A stretch of 64,000 bases of DNA from Candidatus Peregrinibacteria bacterium GW2011_GWF2_38_29 (GTDB lineage: Bacteria; Patescibacteriota; Gracilibacteria; UBA1369; UBA12463). Below are positions 42,944 through 52,973 of the stretch, in pieces. The notes under the pieces are model-generated. The model was not told where the DNA came from and did no database searches. It saw only the letters and a list, made by a program, of their open reading frames with translations. Within the stretch, counting starts at the first letter, position 1, and each line of letters begins with the position of its first letter. The stretch covers positions 17,454 to 81,453 of the forward strand of contig LBUS01000004.1 of assembly GCA_000992695.1 (NCBI GenBank), given 5' to 3'. The position numbers were made by a program, and so were the translations under genes.

Positions 42944-44524
42944 CTACAAAGCCTTAATCATATACCCTGCCTTACTCAAACTATATCCAAATTTCTTATA
43001 ATAATCCCGAACCCCAACACCGCTTATAACGGCAATTTTTTTATATCCGGCATTTTTTGCAATTTCCTCAGCCTTCTCAATCAATTTTCTTCCCAACCCC
43101 AAATGTTGCGCGCCACTCCCCTTCTTATCAACCGGCGTTTGTATGCCATAAGTATGTACTTCACGAATAATCGTAGAACCGTTTAATTCCGGAAGATAAT
43201 TTTTATCAAATTTTACCTTACTTGATGGAAAACGAAGACGCAAAAGTGAACACAATTTATCTTTTTTAACATCGTCAAAGCTCAAGAAAAATTCCTTTCC
43301 TTTAGACGCATTAAATTCAAGTACTTTCATTTCCAAATTCTCCGGATTTATAACTTCATCTTTTATTTCACGACACCTTACGCATCTGCATTTTAAGCCC
43401 TTTCTAGCCATTTCTTTTTGAGCATATTCACGCAAATTTGATAATTTCGGCCCGGCCAAAATTGACGTTGAAGGGATATCGCGATACAAACGCGTAATAC
43501 GCACATATTTAGGCAAATTCGATTTAACTTTTACCAAAAGATCAATCATTTGCTTATCTGTATATGGCTTATAGCCGCCATTTTTCCATATATTAGCAAG
43601 CACACTTCCGGGTACAACTACGCACGGATAAATTTTCAACCAATCAGGTCGAAAATCAGCATTATCAAAAAGTTCTTTAAACATTTTCAGGTCACGTCGT
43701 AAATCGCTTCCCATAAGTCCGGGCATCATATGACAATTTATTTTAAACCCGGCATCTTTAAGCATTCGAATCGCATCAATTGAAGCCTTAACGCCATGTC
43801 CGCGTAAATTTTTCTTCAAAACGTCATCATATAAAGTTTGAATTCCAAGTTCAACTTTTGTCACGCCAAGTTTTCTTAAATATTTCACCTCATCAGTATT
43901 AACATAATCCGGTCTTGTCTCAATGGATAAGCCAATACAACGATTATTCGATTTCTCATTTATCAATTGTGCTTCTTCGAGATTTTTGGATTTTTTTGGA
44001 TAATTTAACGCATCATAAACAGCTTTAACGAATTTTGTTCGATATGACTTTGGATAAAAAGAAAAAGTTCCCCCGGCAATAATCACATCTATTTTTGAAA
44101 TTGAATGACCGGCTTTATCAAGACTATCCAAACGTGTTCTCGTTTGATTAAAAGCATCAAATTTGTTCAAAATCGCACGCATAATCGCAGGTTCATTAGA
44201 CAAATAGCTCTTTGGCATGCCCTTTTCCGTCGGACAAAAAACACATTTCCCGGGACACGGATATTCCTTTGTTATAACGGTTATCGAAGCAATTCCGGAA
44301 AGTGATCTAACTTTCCCCTTTCTTATAATTCTAAAAAACGCCTCGTCAGATTTAATCTCGCGCTTTTTAATAAGGCTTTTATATGCCTTGATCAAACCCA
44401 TATTTTTTGGCGCGGAAATCTTATATTTCTCGCAAAATTTATTTTTAAAATTACTTAAGGATTTCTCGCTTGAAATACCCTCTTTTAAGGCTTGTTTAAC
44501 GAAAGTTTTTAGAATATCATTCAT
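42944..44524 (-). CDS. elp3: Elp3-family radical-SAM / GNAT tRNA wobble-uridine modification enzyme
   Basis: Radical-SAM cluster motif CPGKCVFCP, a TIM-barrel-like core, and a C-terminal GNAT (GLGRKLIEKAEEIAKNAGYKKI..YYKKFGY). ATG at 44524 is preferred to the TTG at 44551. Confidence 0.85.
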   Translation of the reverse strand: MNDILKTFVKQALKEGISSEKSLSNFKNKFCEKYKISAPKNMGLIKAYKSLIKKREIKSDEAFFRIIRKGKVRSLSGIASITVITKEYPCPGKCVFCPTEKGMPKSYLSNEPAIMRAILNKFDAFNQTRTRLDSLDKAGHSISKIDVIIAGGTFSFYPKSYRTKFVKAVYDALNYPKKSKNLEEAQLINEKSNNRCIGLSIETRPDYVNTDEVKYLRKLGVTKVELGIQTLYDDVLKKNLRGHGVKASIDAIRMLKDAGFKINCHMMPGLMGSDLRRDLKMFKELFDNADFRPDWLKIYPCVVVPGSVLANIWKNGGYKPYTDKQMIDLLVKVKSNLPKYVRITRLYRDIPSTSILAGPKLSNLREYAQKEMARKGLKCRCVRCREIKDEVINPENLEMKVLEFNASKGKEFFLSFDDVKKDKLCSLLRLRFPSSKVKFDKNYLPELNGSTIIREVHTYGIQTPVDKKGSGAQHLGLGRKLIEKAEEIAKNAGYKKIAVISGVGVRDYYKKFGYSLSKAGYMIKAL

Positions 44525-44540
44525 ATGAAAATTATATCTT

Positions 44541-45197
44541 ATGAAAGACAAAACAGCCAGAGAGTTATTGGAAAAAGTAAAACTGGATTACGCTTTAATA
44601 AGCGAAGATTTTGCCAAAACTCGTGAAGACGTTTGGCCGGAATTCGAACGCTTTAAAAGATATATTAAAAAAACTGATGCAATTGCAGATGTTGGATGTG
44701 GCAGTGGCAGACTTCTTAAAATACTTGGCGAAAACGTAAATTATACAGGCATCGACAATAACGAAAGCTTGCTTGCGGAAGCCAAAAAAAGGTTTGGAGA
44801 CAATAAATTCATACTTGGAGACATGCTGGAAATTCCACTTAACAGTTCAAGTCAAAATATCGTTTTTAGTATTGCGGCAATGCACCACATCCCGTCAAAA
44901 GGCCTTAGAAAAAAAGCATTCCGAGAAATACATAGAATTTTAAAACCTGGAGGAATTCTTGTAATCATGGTCTGGGATCTTTTCCAAAGAAAACATATTT
45001 TAAAAATCTTAAAAAGTCTTTTCAGCGCACAATACGACTTCAAAGACATATTTATAAAATGGGGAAACACAGAAGTAAAAAGGTATTATCACGCGTTTAC
45101 ACCAGGAGAAATAAAATGCCTTTTAAACGAAACGGGCTTTGGCATTATTGAAACAACTTACACAAAAAATATCTGCATAATAGCGCGCAAAATATGA
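44541..45197 (+). CDS. Class I SAM-dependent methyltransferase, Trm9/ALKBH8-like
   Basis: SAM motif I DVGCGSGR, plus FSIAAMHHIPS, GGILVIMVWDL, DIFIKW and KRYYHAFTPGEI. These resemble Trm9-type tRNA methyltransferases as I remember them. Confidence 0.6.
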   Translation: MKDKTARELLEKVKLDYALISEDFAKTREDVWPEFERFKRYIKKTDAIADVGCGSGRLLKILGENVNYTGIDNNESLLAEAKKRFGDNKFILGDMLEIPLNSSSQNIVFSIAAMHHIPSKGLRKKAFREIHRILKPGGILVIMVWDLFQRKHILKILKSLFSAQYDFKDIFIKWGNTEVKRYYHAFTPGEIKCLLNETGFGIIETTYTKNICIIARKI

Positions 45198-45979
45198 GCG
45201 AAAGAATATTTATTTTAGGCGTCCCTTTTGATAAAAAAACAAAACAAGAAATTTTAGACATTCTCTTAAATTGGCTCAAAGAAGATAAAAAACGCCATAT
45301 CGCAACTCCAAACCCGGAATTCATACTCGAAGCGCAAATAAATTCACACTTCAAAGAAATATTAAATAAAACTGATTTAAATATTCCAGACGGAATAGGA
45401 ATTTTATGGGCATCAAGCTACGCTCAAAATCCAAAATTATTAAGAGGAATTGGACTTTTAATTTCAATTTTATTCCACCAAAAATCGTGCAAAAAAATTC
45501 TAAAAGAAAGAGTAAGTGGAGCTGATTTGATGCTTGATATATGCGAAAAAGTCACAAACACACCGCATAAAATATTTTTGCTCGGCGCACGCGAAGAAAT
45601 CGCCCAAAAAGCTTCTGAAAATCTGCTAAAACACTTCCCTGCTCTAAAAATAGTTGGCGCATATGAAGGAAATCCTGACGAAAAAAATCTCTTAGAAAAA
45701 ATCAATGACTCAAAAGCCGATATTCTTTTTGTGGCTTATGGCGCACCAAAACAAGAAATTTGGATTCATGAAAATTTACCAAAATTAACACATATAAAAC
45801 TAGCAATGGGAGTTGGCGGCACATTTGATTTCATCGCTAAATCAAAAAAACGCGCACCAAAATTTATGAGAAATATTGGGCTCGAATGGCTTTTTCGTCT
45901 CGTTCAAGAGCCAAAACGAATAAAACGCATTTGGAATGCTGTCATCAAGTTTCCCTATACCGTAATGAAAAAACGCTAA
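45194..45979 (+). CDS. WecB/TagA/CpsF-family glycosyltransferase
   Basis: IATPNPEFILEA, GADLM and FVAYGAPKQEIW motifs. 261 aa, with a 4-nt overlap (ATGA) with the upstream gene. Confidence 0.85.
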   Translation: MSERIFILGVPFDKKTKQEILDILLNWLKEDKKRHIATPNPEFILEAQINSHFKEILNKTDLNIPDGIGILWASSYAQNPKLLRGIGLLISILFHQKSCKKILKERVSGADLMLDICEKVTNTPHKIFLLGAREEIAQKASENLLKHFPALKIVGAYEGNPDEKNLLEKINDSKADILFVAYGAPKQEIWIHENLPKLTHIKLAMGVGGTFDFIAKSKKRAPKFMRNIGLEWLFRLVQEPKRIKRIWNAVIKFPYTVMKKR

Positions 45980-46231
45980 TTACTTCTTTTTCTTTTTACC
46001 AACGCTCTCAAGAAAAGGCGAAACATAAGACATTAACCCACTTATAAACTTAAGAGGGCTAATCAAGATCCCATTCACCTTATCAACAAGCTCCTCAACG
46101 TCGCTGATGACTTTTGAAGCATCACGAAGAATAAAAATAATATAAGCGAGAGTAATTGAAACAAAAATCGTAAAAATAATAGCAGAAAGCGCAAGTGCTA
46201 AATAAAGAACGTCTAGTGAGGAGTTAATCAT
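45980..46231 (-). CDS. Small membrane-anchored protein (DUF948-like)
   Basis: 83 aa with one N-terminal TM helix followed by an amphipathic helix. Weak family resemblance only. Confidence 0.4.
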   Translation of the reverse strand: MINSSLDVLYLALALSAIIFTIFVSITLAYIIFILRDASKVISDVEELVDKVNGILISPLKFISGLMSYVSPFLESVGKKKKK

Positions 46232-46291
46232 TTTTAAAATTTTATTTTATATATATTTATTATACCAGATTTAGAGGAATTTAACAATCTT

Positions 46292-47704
46292 TTAGCTCAA
46301 CAACTTCTTCAAGATCTCATTTATTACAACCGGATTCCCCTGCCCTTTCAGCTCTTTCATGGCTTGCCCAACAAAAAATCCAAACAATTTATCCTTTCCG
46401 GATTTATATTCGGCAACAACATTCGGATTCGCTTCAACAACCTTCCTACAAACGGCATCAATCGCACCCATATCAGAAACCTGCTTCAAGCCTTTTTCAT
46501 TCACAATTTCATCCGGATTTTTGCCTGTATAATACATTTCTTCAAAAATATCACCCTTTGCCATATTCCCGGAAATTACGCCTTCTTTAACTAAATCGAA
46601 CAATTTTGCCAAATGCTCAGCCTTCACTTTTGATTTATTTATAGACAAATTCTCATCATTCAAATGTTTTAAAAATATACTAGTAATAAATGAAGCAACT
46701 TTTTTTGGCTCTTCTTTTGTGCTCGCAACAACCGCTTCAAAATATTTTGCCATATCAATATCAAGCGCGATAAGCTCTCCTTCATGTTCAGAAACACCCA
46801 TTCCAACATATTTCGCACGCTTTTGATCCGGAAGTTCAGGCACTTGAACCTTTAATTCATTAATGTATTTGTCATCAACGATAATTGGTGGCAAATCCGG
46901 TTCAGGAAAATATCTATAATCCGCATCACCTTCCTTGCTTCTCATAACATACGTAGCCTGCTTTTCATCGTCCCAACCAACGGTCATATTTCCTTCCAAC
47001 GGTTCACCTTTTTTATCCAAATCAACCTGTCTTGAAAATTCATAATCAATCGCAGAGGCAAGTGCTTTAAAAGAATTCAAATTTTTAATTTCAGCTCTAA
47101 AATTCAATTTTGTTTCACCTTTTTTGCGAATCGAAACGCTAGCATCAAAACGCATCATTCCACGTTCCATATCCGCATCCGAAGAACCAACATATCTCAA
47201 AATTGTCTGAAGCTCTTTTGTATATTCAACAGCCTCTTCCGCAGAACGAATATCCGGTTCAGACACAATCTCCATCAATGGCACGCCAGAACGATTATAA
47301 TCACACAAAGAACCGCCGGGAACATGCATAAGCTTCCCTGCATCATCTTCAAGATGCAAACGCGTAATTCGAATGTTTTTTATCTTACCTGCCTTTGAAA
47401 GCGGTTGATCGTATTGTGAAATCTGAAAACCTTTTGGCAAATCCGGATAAAAATAATTTTTACGATCAAATTTTGAAAATTTCTGAATTTCGCAGTTTAA
47501 AGCTAAAGCCGCAATCATGCCTTTTCTAAGCGCTTCTTTATTAACAACCGGAAGCTGACCAGGAAAACCCATGCAAACAGGGCAAACATTTGTATTAGGC
47601 ATACGCCCTGGATCGTTTTTGCACGAACAAAACATTTTCGACTTCGTCGAAATCTCAGCGTGCACTTCAAGACCTACAACAACTTCATAATTTGGATCAA
47701 TCAT
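46292..47704 (-). CDS. gatB: Asp/Glu-tRNA amidotransferase subunit B
   Basis: YEVVVGLEVHAEI.., CPVCMGFPGQLPV and the C-terminal YqeY-like domain. 470 aa. Confidence 0.93.
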   Translation of the reverse strand: MIDPNYEVVVGLEVHAEISTKSKMFCSCKNDPGRMPNTNVCPVCMGFPGQLPVVNKEALRKGMIAALALNCEIQKFSKFDRKNYFYPDLPKGFQISQYDQPLSKAGKIKNIRITRLHLEDDAGKLMHVPGGSLCDYNRSGVPLMEIVSEPDIRSAEEAVEYTKELQTILRYVGSSDADMERGMMRFDASVSIRKKGETKLNFRAEIKNLNSFKALASAIDYEFSRQVDLDKKGEPLEGNMTVGWDDEKQATYVMRSKEGDADYRYFPEPDLPPIIVDDKYINELKVQVPELPDQKRAKYVGMGVSEHEGELIALDIDMAKYFEAVVASTKEEPKKVASFITSIFLKHLNDENLSINKSKVKAEHLAKLFDLVKEGVISGNMAKGDIFEEMYYTGKNPDEIVNEKGLKQVSDMGAIDAVCRKVVEANPNVVAEYKSGKDKLFGFFVGQAMKELKGQGNPVVINEILKKLLS

Positions 47705-48267
47705 ATGCTCATTATAAAGTCACGGGCTCGACTTCGCAAATCTGCTTTTGTGGAATTATTTTTTATAACAATGTTAGGACTTTTTGAAAACTTTTGAATA
47801 GCTAAAACTTGCTTTAAATAATCAATCGGAAATTTCTTCCCATATCGCTTAAATATAAACTTTTCATCACATTCAATATGGACCAAAACATCAATCAATT
47901 TTTTAAAAATCTTTATATCAAAATCAATAAATTCAAGAAAAATCACGCGCGATCCCGATGTTTTTATTCTACCAACTATTTCTTTAACTAAAATTGGATA
48001 AAACTCGTCTAAAAAACGCTTAAAATCCGCATTATTTTCTATAAAATGCTTACGCAAACGAGTTCGCAAAACAGTTCCATTTTCATCCAAATAAGCCTCT
48101 CCAAAAATATCTTTAACTAATTTAGCACCCTTACCGCGCGACTCATACATTTTATGCACAATCTTATCTGAATTTATATGCATAGCGCCAAATTTTTCAC
48201 ACATATTACAAAAAGTCGTTTTCCCGGATCCGATCTTGCCGGAAACGCCAATAATAAGGTGTTTCAT
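47701..48267 (-). CDS. coaE: Dephospho-CoA kinase-like P-loop kinase
   Basis: IGVSGKIGSGKTT P-loop, INSDKIVHKMY and FGEAYLDENGTVLRTRLRKHF fit the CoaE pattern. Confidence 0.7.
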   Translation of the reverse strand: MKHLIIGVSGKIGSGKTTFCNMCEKFGAMHINSDKIVHKMYESRGKGAKLVKDIFGEAYLDENGTVLRTRLRKHFIENNADFKRFLDEFYPILVKEIVGRIKTSGSRVIFLEFIDFDIKIFKKLIDVLVHIECDEKFIFKRYGKKFPIDYLKQVLAIQKFSKSPNIVIKNNSTKADLRSRARDFIMSI

Positions 48268-48273
48268 AATTAT

Positions 48274-48843
48274 TTACTTTGACTTTGACTGATTAATCAA
48301 CATGTTTGCCAAAAGGTCTTTGAGGGACTTATGATCTTGAAAATTTCTATGTTCCATATATTCATCTTGATGCTTCAAAATAATCCTTTCAATACGCGCA
48401 GGATTGCTACAGTCTTTCAAGGTAATTGGCGTACCTGCCCCTATTTTCTCAACTCTTATATCTCCATAATTCAAAATAGTCTGCCAAAAACCCTTGATTG
48501 CATAACTCACACCTTCAATCATATGATATTCAACTCTATTGGTAGTTACATCAAAAATACTGTCTGACTTAATTGAAATCACGCTCGTGTTTGTAATTAA
48601 AAAAACATCATAATACCAGCCATAAAGCTCATAACAAACTTTAATAAGTCCAACAAGCATCCATATCAAAACGGGAATAAGAAGTGCCGGAAAAAATATA
48701 AAAAATAAGCCCGGCAAAATAAATCCAAGAAAAGTAACACGAACCATGGTTTTCCAGATTGTAACAACACTAACATGTGCAACTGAATGAATTTTTTCCC
48801 CTTTTTCAAGGTATTCACCGAAAAAGAAATTTGCGAGTTTCAT
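48274..48843 (-). CDS. Membrane protein with a bacterial PH-like (YdbS/YdbT-like) domain
   Basis: Two TM helices followed by a beta-rich domain. Resemblance by architecture only. Confidence 0.4.
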   Translation of the reverse strand: MKLANFFFGEYLEKGEKIHSVAHVSVVTIWKTMVRVTFLGFILPGLFFIFFPALLIPVLIWMLVGLIKVCYELYGWYYDVFLITNTSVISIKSDSIFDVTTNRVEYHMIEGVSYAIKGFWQTILNYGDIRVEKIGAGTPITLKDCSNPARIERIILKHQDEYMEHRNFQDHKSLKDLLANMLINQSKSK

Positions 48844-48922
48844 ATCAATAAAAATTACACAATAAGAGTACTATAAACATATCAACTTGTAAATAATGCC
48901 TCTCAAATGTAAAGTCTAAAGT

Positions 48923-49567
48923 ATGAATAAAAAACTAAAAATTGCTCTTATATTTTTGCTGGAAATAGCCATAGACGCTGTCGTGATCTTCGGCATTTTC
49001 TTTTTAATAAAAACATATGTCATATCCCCTTTTGAAATATATGGACCATCAATGTGCAACACATTTAACTTCATTGATGGAAAATGCAATTCCGGTTACG
49101 GCGAATATATAATTATAAATAAACTGGGAGAAATTAAACGTGGCGATGTTGTAGTTTTTCATCCACCACATGAAGAAGAATATTATATAAAACGCGTCAT
49201 AGGCCTACCAAACGACACAATTTTAATAAAAAACGGCGAAATATTTCTTAAAGAAAATAATAAAGAATACAAATTCGTTGAACCGTATTTAAGCCGAGAG
49301 AATCACGGAAACACAACGACTTTCGGCATAAAAAGGACTGAATTCAAAGTTCCTGAAAACTCATATTTCTTAGTTGGCGACAACAGGTTGATGAGCACAG
49401 ATGGAAGAACATGCTTTAAAGACCCATCGTCAAACGGCTGCAGCAATCCGGACAATGCTTTTGTACCGGAAAAAAACATCCAAGGAAGAGCGTGGGTAGC
49501 ACTTTGGCCGATCAACAAAATGCAAATCGTACCTCGAATTGGAAATTACGACTTCAAAGAAATGTAA
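48923..49567 (+). CDS. lepB: Signal peptidase I
   Basis: Catalytic Ser box GPSMCNTF, Lys box YIKRVIGLPNDTI, and GDNRLMSTDGR. Confidence 0.9.
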   Translation: MNKKLKIALIFLLEIAIDAVVIFGIFFLIKTYVISPFEIYGPSMCNTFNFIDGKCNSGYGEYIIINKLGEIKRGDVVVFHPPHEEEYYIKRVIGLPNDTILIKNGEIFLKENNKEYKFVEPYLSRENHGNTTTFGIKRTEFKVPENSYFLVGDNRLMSTDGRTCFKDPSSNGCSNPDNAFVPEKNIQGRAWVALWPINKMQIVPRIGNYDFKEM

Positions 49568-49917
49568 GCCTCTATTAAAAGCATAACAATAACGAGCAAA
49601 AGCCCGCTTAACCAATTCAAAACACCAAGCAATTGAAGGGCTAAGCTTATTATAACTATCAAGCTAAGCATGACGCCCTGTCTGAGAGAAATATTTATAT
49701 GCTTGTAATAAATTTCATTTTTATATATCCAAACACGAAAATAAAATCCAAGAATCGTAAAAGTACACATCAAAGCAATAAAGAGCGTAAGGAAAAAGAA
49801 AGTCATAGCCATACCGGTTGATTCAAAAGGATTGAGCTTTGTTAAAGTTATAAAAAAACCAAGCCAAGCAATTACCCCTGCAATCCCAATTGTTGTTAAA
49901 TATTTTATATGTGACAT
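49546..49917 (-). CDS. Hypothetical 4-TM membrane protein
   Basis: 123 aa ORF, strongly hydrophobic. No family recognised. Confidence 0.45.
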   Translation of the reverse strand: MSHIKYLTTIGIAGVIAWLGFFITLTKLNPFESTGMAMTFFFLTLFIALMCTFTILGFYFRVWIYKNEIYYKHINISLRQGVMLSLIVIISLALQLLGVLNWLSGLLLVIVMLLIEAYISLKS

Positions 49918-49931
49918 ATGAATTATATTAA

Positions 49932-50882
49932 TTATTTATTATTTATACTCTTTAAATGCCCAATTAAATACAGCGCTAAGCCGAATAACAAAGCAAACCC
50001 AAGAACATATAGCATCTGATTTTTAAACGAATTAACTATAAAATCTATTATATTTCTAACTTCCGGAATGTATTTTTCAGGAAAACCAATATTGCTAATA
50101 TCTATATATGACGAAAGGATGGAAACGGTTTTATAAAAAACGAGCGCATTAAAAGATACAATAAAAAATACAACGCCGAGCCACTTAAACCCTCTAGAGA
50201 ATGGCTTCCATAAAACAAGAAGTATAAGAAGACAAAGTATGGCAAGAAACATAAAAAACGCCTGAGTTAAGACTGAAAAACCCTGTATTGCTTGAAAATT
50301 CTGGAGTACGGGAGTGGCATCAATTTCAACAGAACTCGCTTTGCTTTTGAAAATCTCATCAAAATTTTTCTGCATTTGAGACACAAATCCTTTTTTATAA
50401 AAATCAGTATCGGGCTTCACACATGAAGGCAAATCTTTAAAAACTATTTTCTGACCAACTTCACACTTTGGTATTTTTTTATCAAAAAGTTCATTTGTAA
50501 AATTAATTATAAGAACATCGAAATAAGGTTTTAAGGAATCAAATTGTATTGTTATTTTTGTTTTACCATTACCTCTCAAAATCCCATCGACTTGAGAAGT
50601 AACACCTCTCACAATAGTCTGAAAAGCAGTAACGGGAATATCTTTTTTAAAAAGCTCGAATAACTCGTCACGCGTAAAATATTTTCCAAGCATGTCATTA
50701 TCTTGACTCACCATTTCTTCAATCAAAATAGGGACACCTTGATTATAAACATTATTGAGTAGAGGCCCTTCATAAAAATCGTAATTAAAAATAGTATTAT
50801 AAAAACCAAAAAATATAGTCGCAGGAACAGAAAAAACAAGAAGAACCACAACAAGAACAAAAGCTAAAAATTTCCTAAACAT
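49932..50882 (-). CDS. Hypothetical membrane protein (N-terminal TM, extracytoplasmic domain, C-terminal TM bundle)
   Basis: 316 aa ORF. No family recognised. Confidence 0.45.
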   Translation of the reverse strand: MFRKFLAFVLVVVLLVFSVPATIFFGFYNTIFNYDFYEGPLLNNVYNQGVPILIEEMVSQDNDMLGKYFTRDELFELFKKDIPVTAFQTIVRGVTSQVDGILRGNGKTKITIQFDSLKPYFDVLIINFTNELFDKKIPKCEVGQKIVFKDLPSCVKPDTDFYKKGFVSQMQKNFDEIFKSKASSVEIDATPVLQNFQAIQGFSVLTQAFFMFLAILCLLILLVLWKPFSRGFKWLGVVFFIVSFNALVFYKTVSILSSYIDISNIGFPEKYIPEVRNIIDFIVNSFKNQMLYVLGFALLFGLALYLIGHLKSINNK

Positions 50883-50891
50883 GAATCAATA

Positions 50892-51893
50892 TTATCCCAA
50901 ATTCGAATCAATGAAAAGACCGTTTATTGGAGAAATGTCATTTAATTTATCAAAACCTGATTCAGGAACAACTTTCCATCTAACTTCCCTCTCAATTCTT
51001 CCAGGCAGAGTAAAACCCGCGGCCTTTTTATGTCCACCACCACCAAAAAGTTCAGCAACCTTAACCAAATCCACATCATCACGTACAGTCCTCATAGACC
51101 CTTTAACAGTTGTTGCAGTTTCATGAAGCAAAATAGCAAATTTAATACCCGGAATTGAGCTCATCTTTTCGATAATTCCACCTGATTCTGAAGGCAAAGC
51201 ATCACAATCTTCAAAATCTTTTTTAGTAAGAACCGAAATCGCAACATTATCTTTATTCACTCGCAAAGCCTCAAGAGCCTTTCCCCATAATTTTAAGGTG
51301 GAAATTGGCACGTTCCTAAACATATTTTTAATTATAACCTGCATTTTTGCACCTGCAAAAGTAAGCTCTGAAGAAATTTTAAAAACTTCGTTTGATGTAT
51401 TTGAATGCATAAAACTACCGGTATCATTATAAATTCCGGTAAGTAAGCAAGTTGCAATATGAGACGTAATTTTAACTCCCATAAATTGAAAAAACTTATA
51501 AACAATAACACTTGCAGATGCTGCCTTTTCATCAATTAAATTAATTGCCCCGGCAATACCGTTGTTTGAAGCGTGATGATCTATTAAAATTACAGGAACG
51601 CCATCAGGCAATTCATAAGAAACCATTTTAACATCAGCAATATCAGGCAAAATTACCAAATCATAAGCGGATGGATTGAATTCTTTTGTAAATTTTTTGA
51701 CTTCAGGCAAAAACCCAAATCTATCAGAAGGCACATCAATACAGGCCAAAGTACATGATTTACCAATAGAAGTAAGCATAAGTGAAAAAGCGCACGCACA
51801 ACCGAGCGTATCTCCGTCTGGCCTTTTGTGAGCCATAATAAGGATATTCTCTGATTTATCTATTAATGTTTTTGCTTGTGCAAATTCGTCCAT
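50892..51893 (-). CDS. nrnA: DHH/DHHA1 phosphoesterase (NrnA-like oligoribonuclease / pAp phosphatase)
   Basis: HKRPDGDTLG, DHH (LIDHHASN) and GGGHKKAAG motifs. Confidence 0.85.
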   Translation of the reverse strand: MDEFAQAKTLIDKSENILIMAHKRPDGDTLGCACAFSLMLTSIGKSCTLACIDVPSDRFGFLPEVKKFTKEFNPSAYDLVILPDIADVKMVSYELPDGVPVILIDHHASNNGIAGAINLIDEKAASASVIVYKFFQFMGVKITSHIATCLLTGIYNDTGSFMHSNTSNEVFKISSELTFAGAKMQVIIKNMFRNVPISTLKLWGKALEALRVNKDNVAISVLTKKDFEDCDALPSESGGIIEKMSSIPGIKFAILLHETATTVKGSMRTVRDDVDLVKVAELFGGGGHKKAAGFTLPGRIEREVRWKVVPESGFDKLNDISPINGLFIDSNLG

Positions 51894-52028
51894 CTTACGA
51901 TCTTTTTAAGGTGCTGCTTCGCAGCGTTTTTATTTATATCCGCCTGTGTTCGCCTACGGCGAACGGCGTGTAAGGGGTGAATTATAGAAAGATTTAAAAA
52001 TAAAAGCAAGGTGTAGTATTATTAGACC

Positions 52029-52973
52029 ATGGCATACAAAATTATATTCTTTGGAAGCTCAGAATTTGGAATACCAATCGTAAACGAACTTGGTAAGAAT
52101 TCCGACTTTGAAATAATGGCAATTGTGACTCAACCAGATAAACCCGTAGGACGCGGACAAAAGACAGCTCCAACTCCAATAAAAGCCTTTTATGAAAGTC
52201 GTTATCCAGTTTTAACGCCTGAAAAAGTAAAAAATAATAAAGATTTCGAAAAAATAATCGACGGACTAGCGCCAGATTTTATAATAACAGCCGCATACGG
52301 ACAAATAATGCCACAATCCATGCTAAGCCTCGCAAAAATCGCTCCAATCAACGTACATACATCGTTATTGCCAAAATATCGCGGAGCATCCCCTATTCAA
52401 GAAGCAATTTTGAATGGAGACAAAGAAACCGGCGTCACTATTATGGAAATGAATGATAAATTAGACGAAGGAGATATTTATATAATCAGAAGAATTCCAA
52501 TTGAAGAAAAAGATAATGTAGAAACTTTAAACAAAAAACTAGCAATTTTAGCATCACAAATGCTCCCACCTTCCCTACTTGATATAGCGGATGGAATATT
52601 AAAAAAAATTCCTCAAAATAGTGCACTCGCGTCATATTGTGAAAAAATAGCAAAAGAAAGCGGAAAAATAAACTTCAAACAAATGACTGCAGAAGAAATT
52701 TTAAGAAAAATACGAGCTTTTTATGGATGGCCTGAATGCTGGACACAATTTAATGGGAAAACTTTAAAAATAAAAGACGCAGAAATAGCGGAAAATAAAG
52801 AAAAAACACCTCCGGGAAAAATAATTTTCCTTGATAAAAACACAATAGCGATCGGGACAAAATCAAAATTGCTCATTCCAAAAACAATACAAATAGAAGG
52901 CAAAAGCGAAATGCCAATTAAAGATTTCATCAACGGCCAACGAAAACTACTAACTACTTCGCAGGAGTTGTAG
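52029..52973 (+). CDS. fmt: Methionyl-tRNA formyltransferase
   Basis: IIFFGSSEFG.., formyltransferase core (NVHTSLLPKYRGASPIQ) and a C-terminal tRNA-binding domain. 314 aa. Confidence 0.92.
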   Translation: MAYKIIFFGSSEFGIPIVNELGKNSDFEIMAIVTQPDKPVGRGQKTAPTPIKAFYESRYPVLTPEKVKNNKDFEKIIDGLAPDFIITAAYGQIMPQSMLSLAKIAPINVHTSLLPKYRGASPIQEAILNGDKETGVTIMEMNDKLDEGDIYIIRRIPIEEKDNVETLNKKLAILASQMLPPSLLDIADGILKKIPQNSALASYCEKIAKESGKINFKQMTAEEILRKIRAFYGWPECWTQFNGKTLKIKDAEIAENKEKTPPGKIIFLDKNTIAIGTKSKLLIPKTIQIEGKSEMPIKDFINGQRKLLTTSQEL

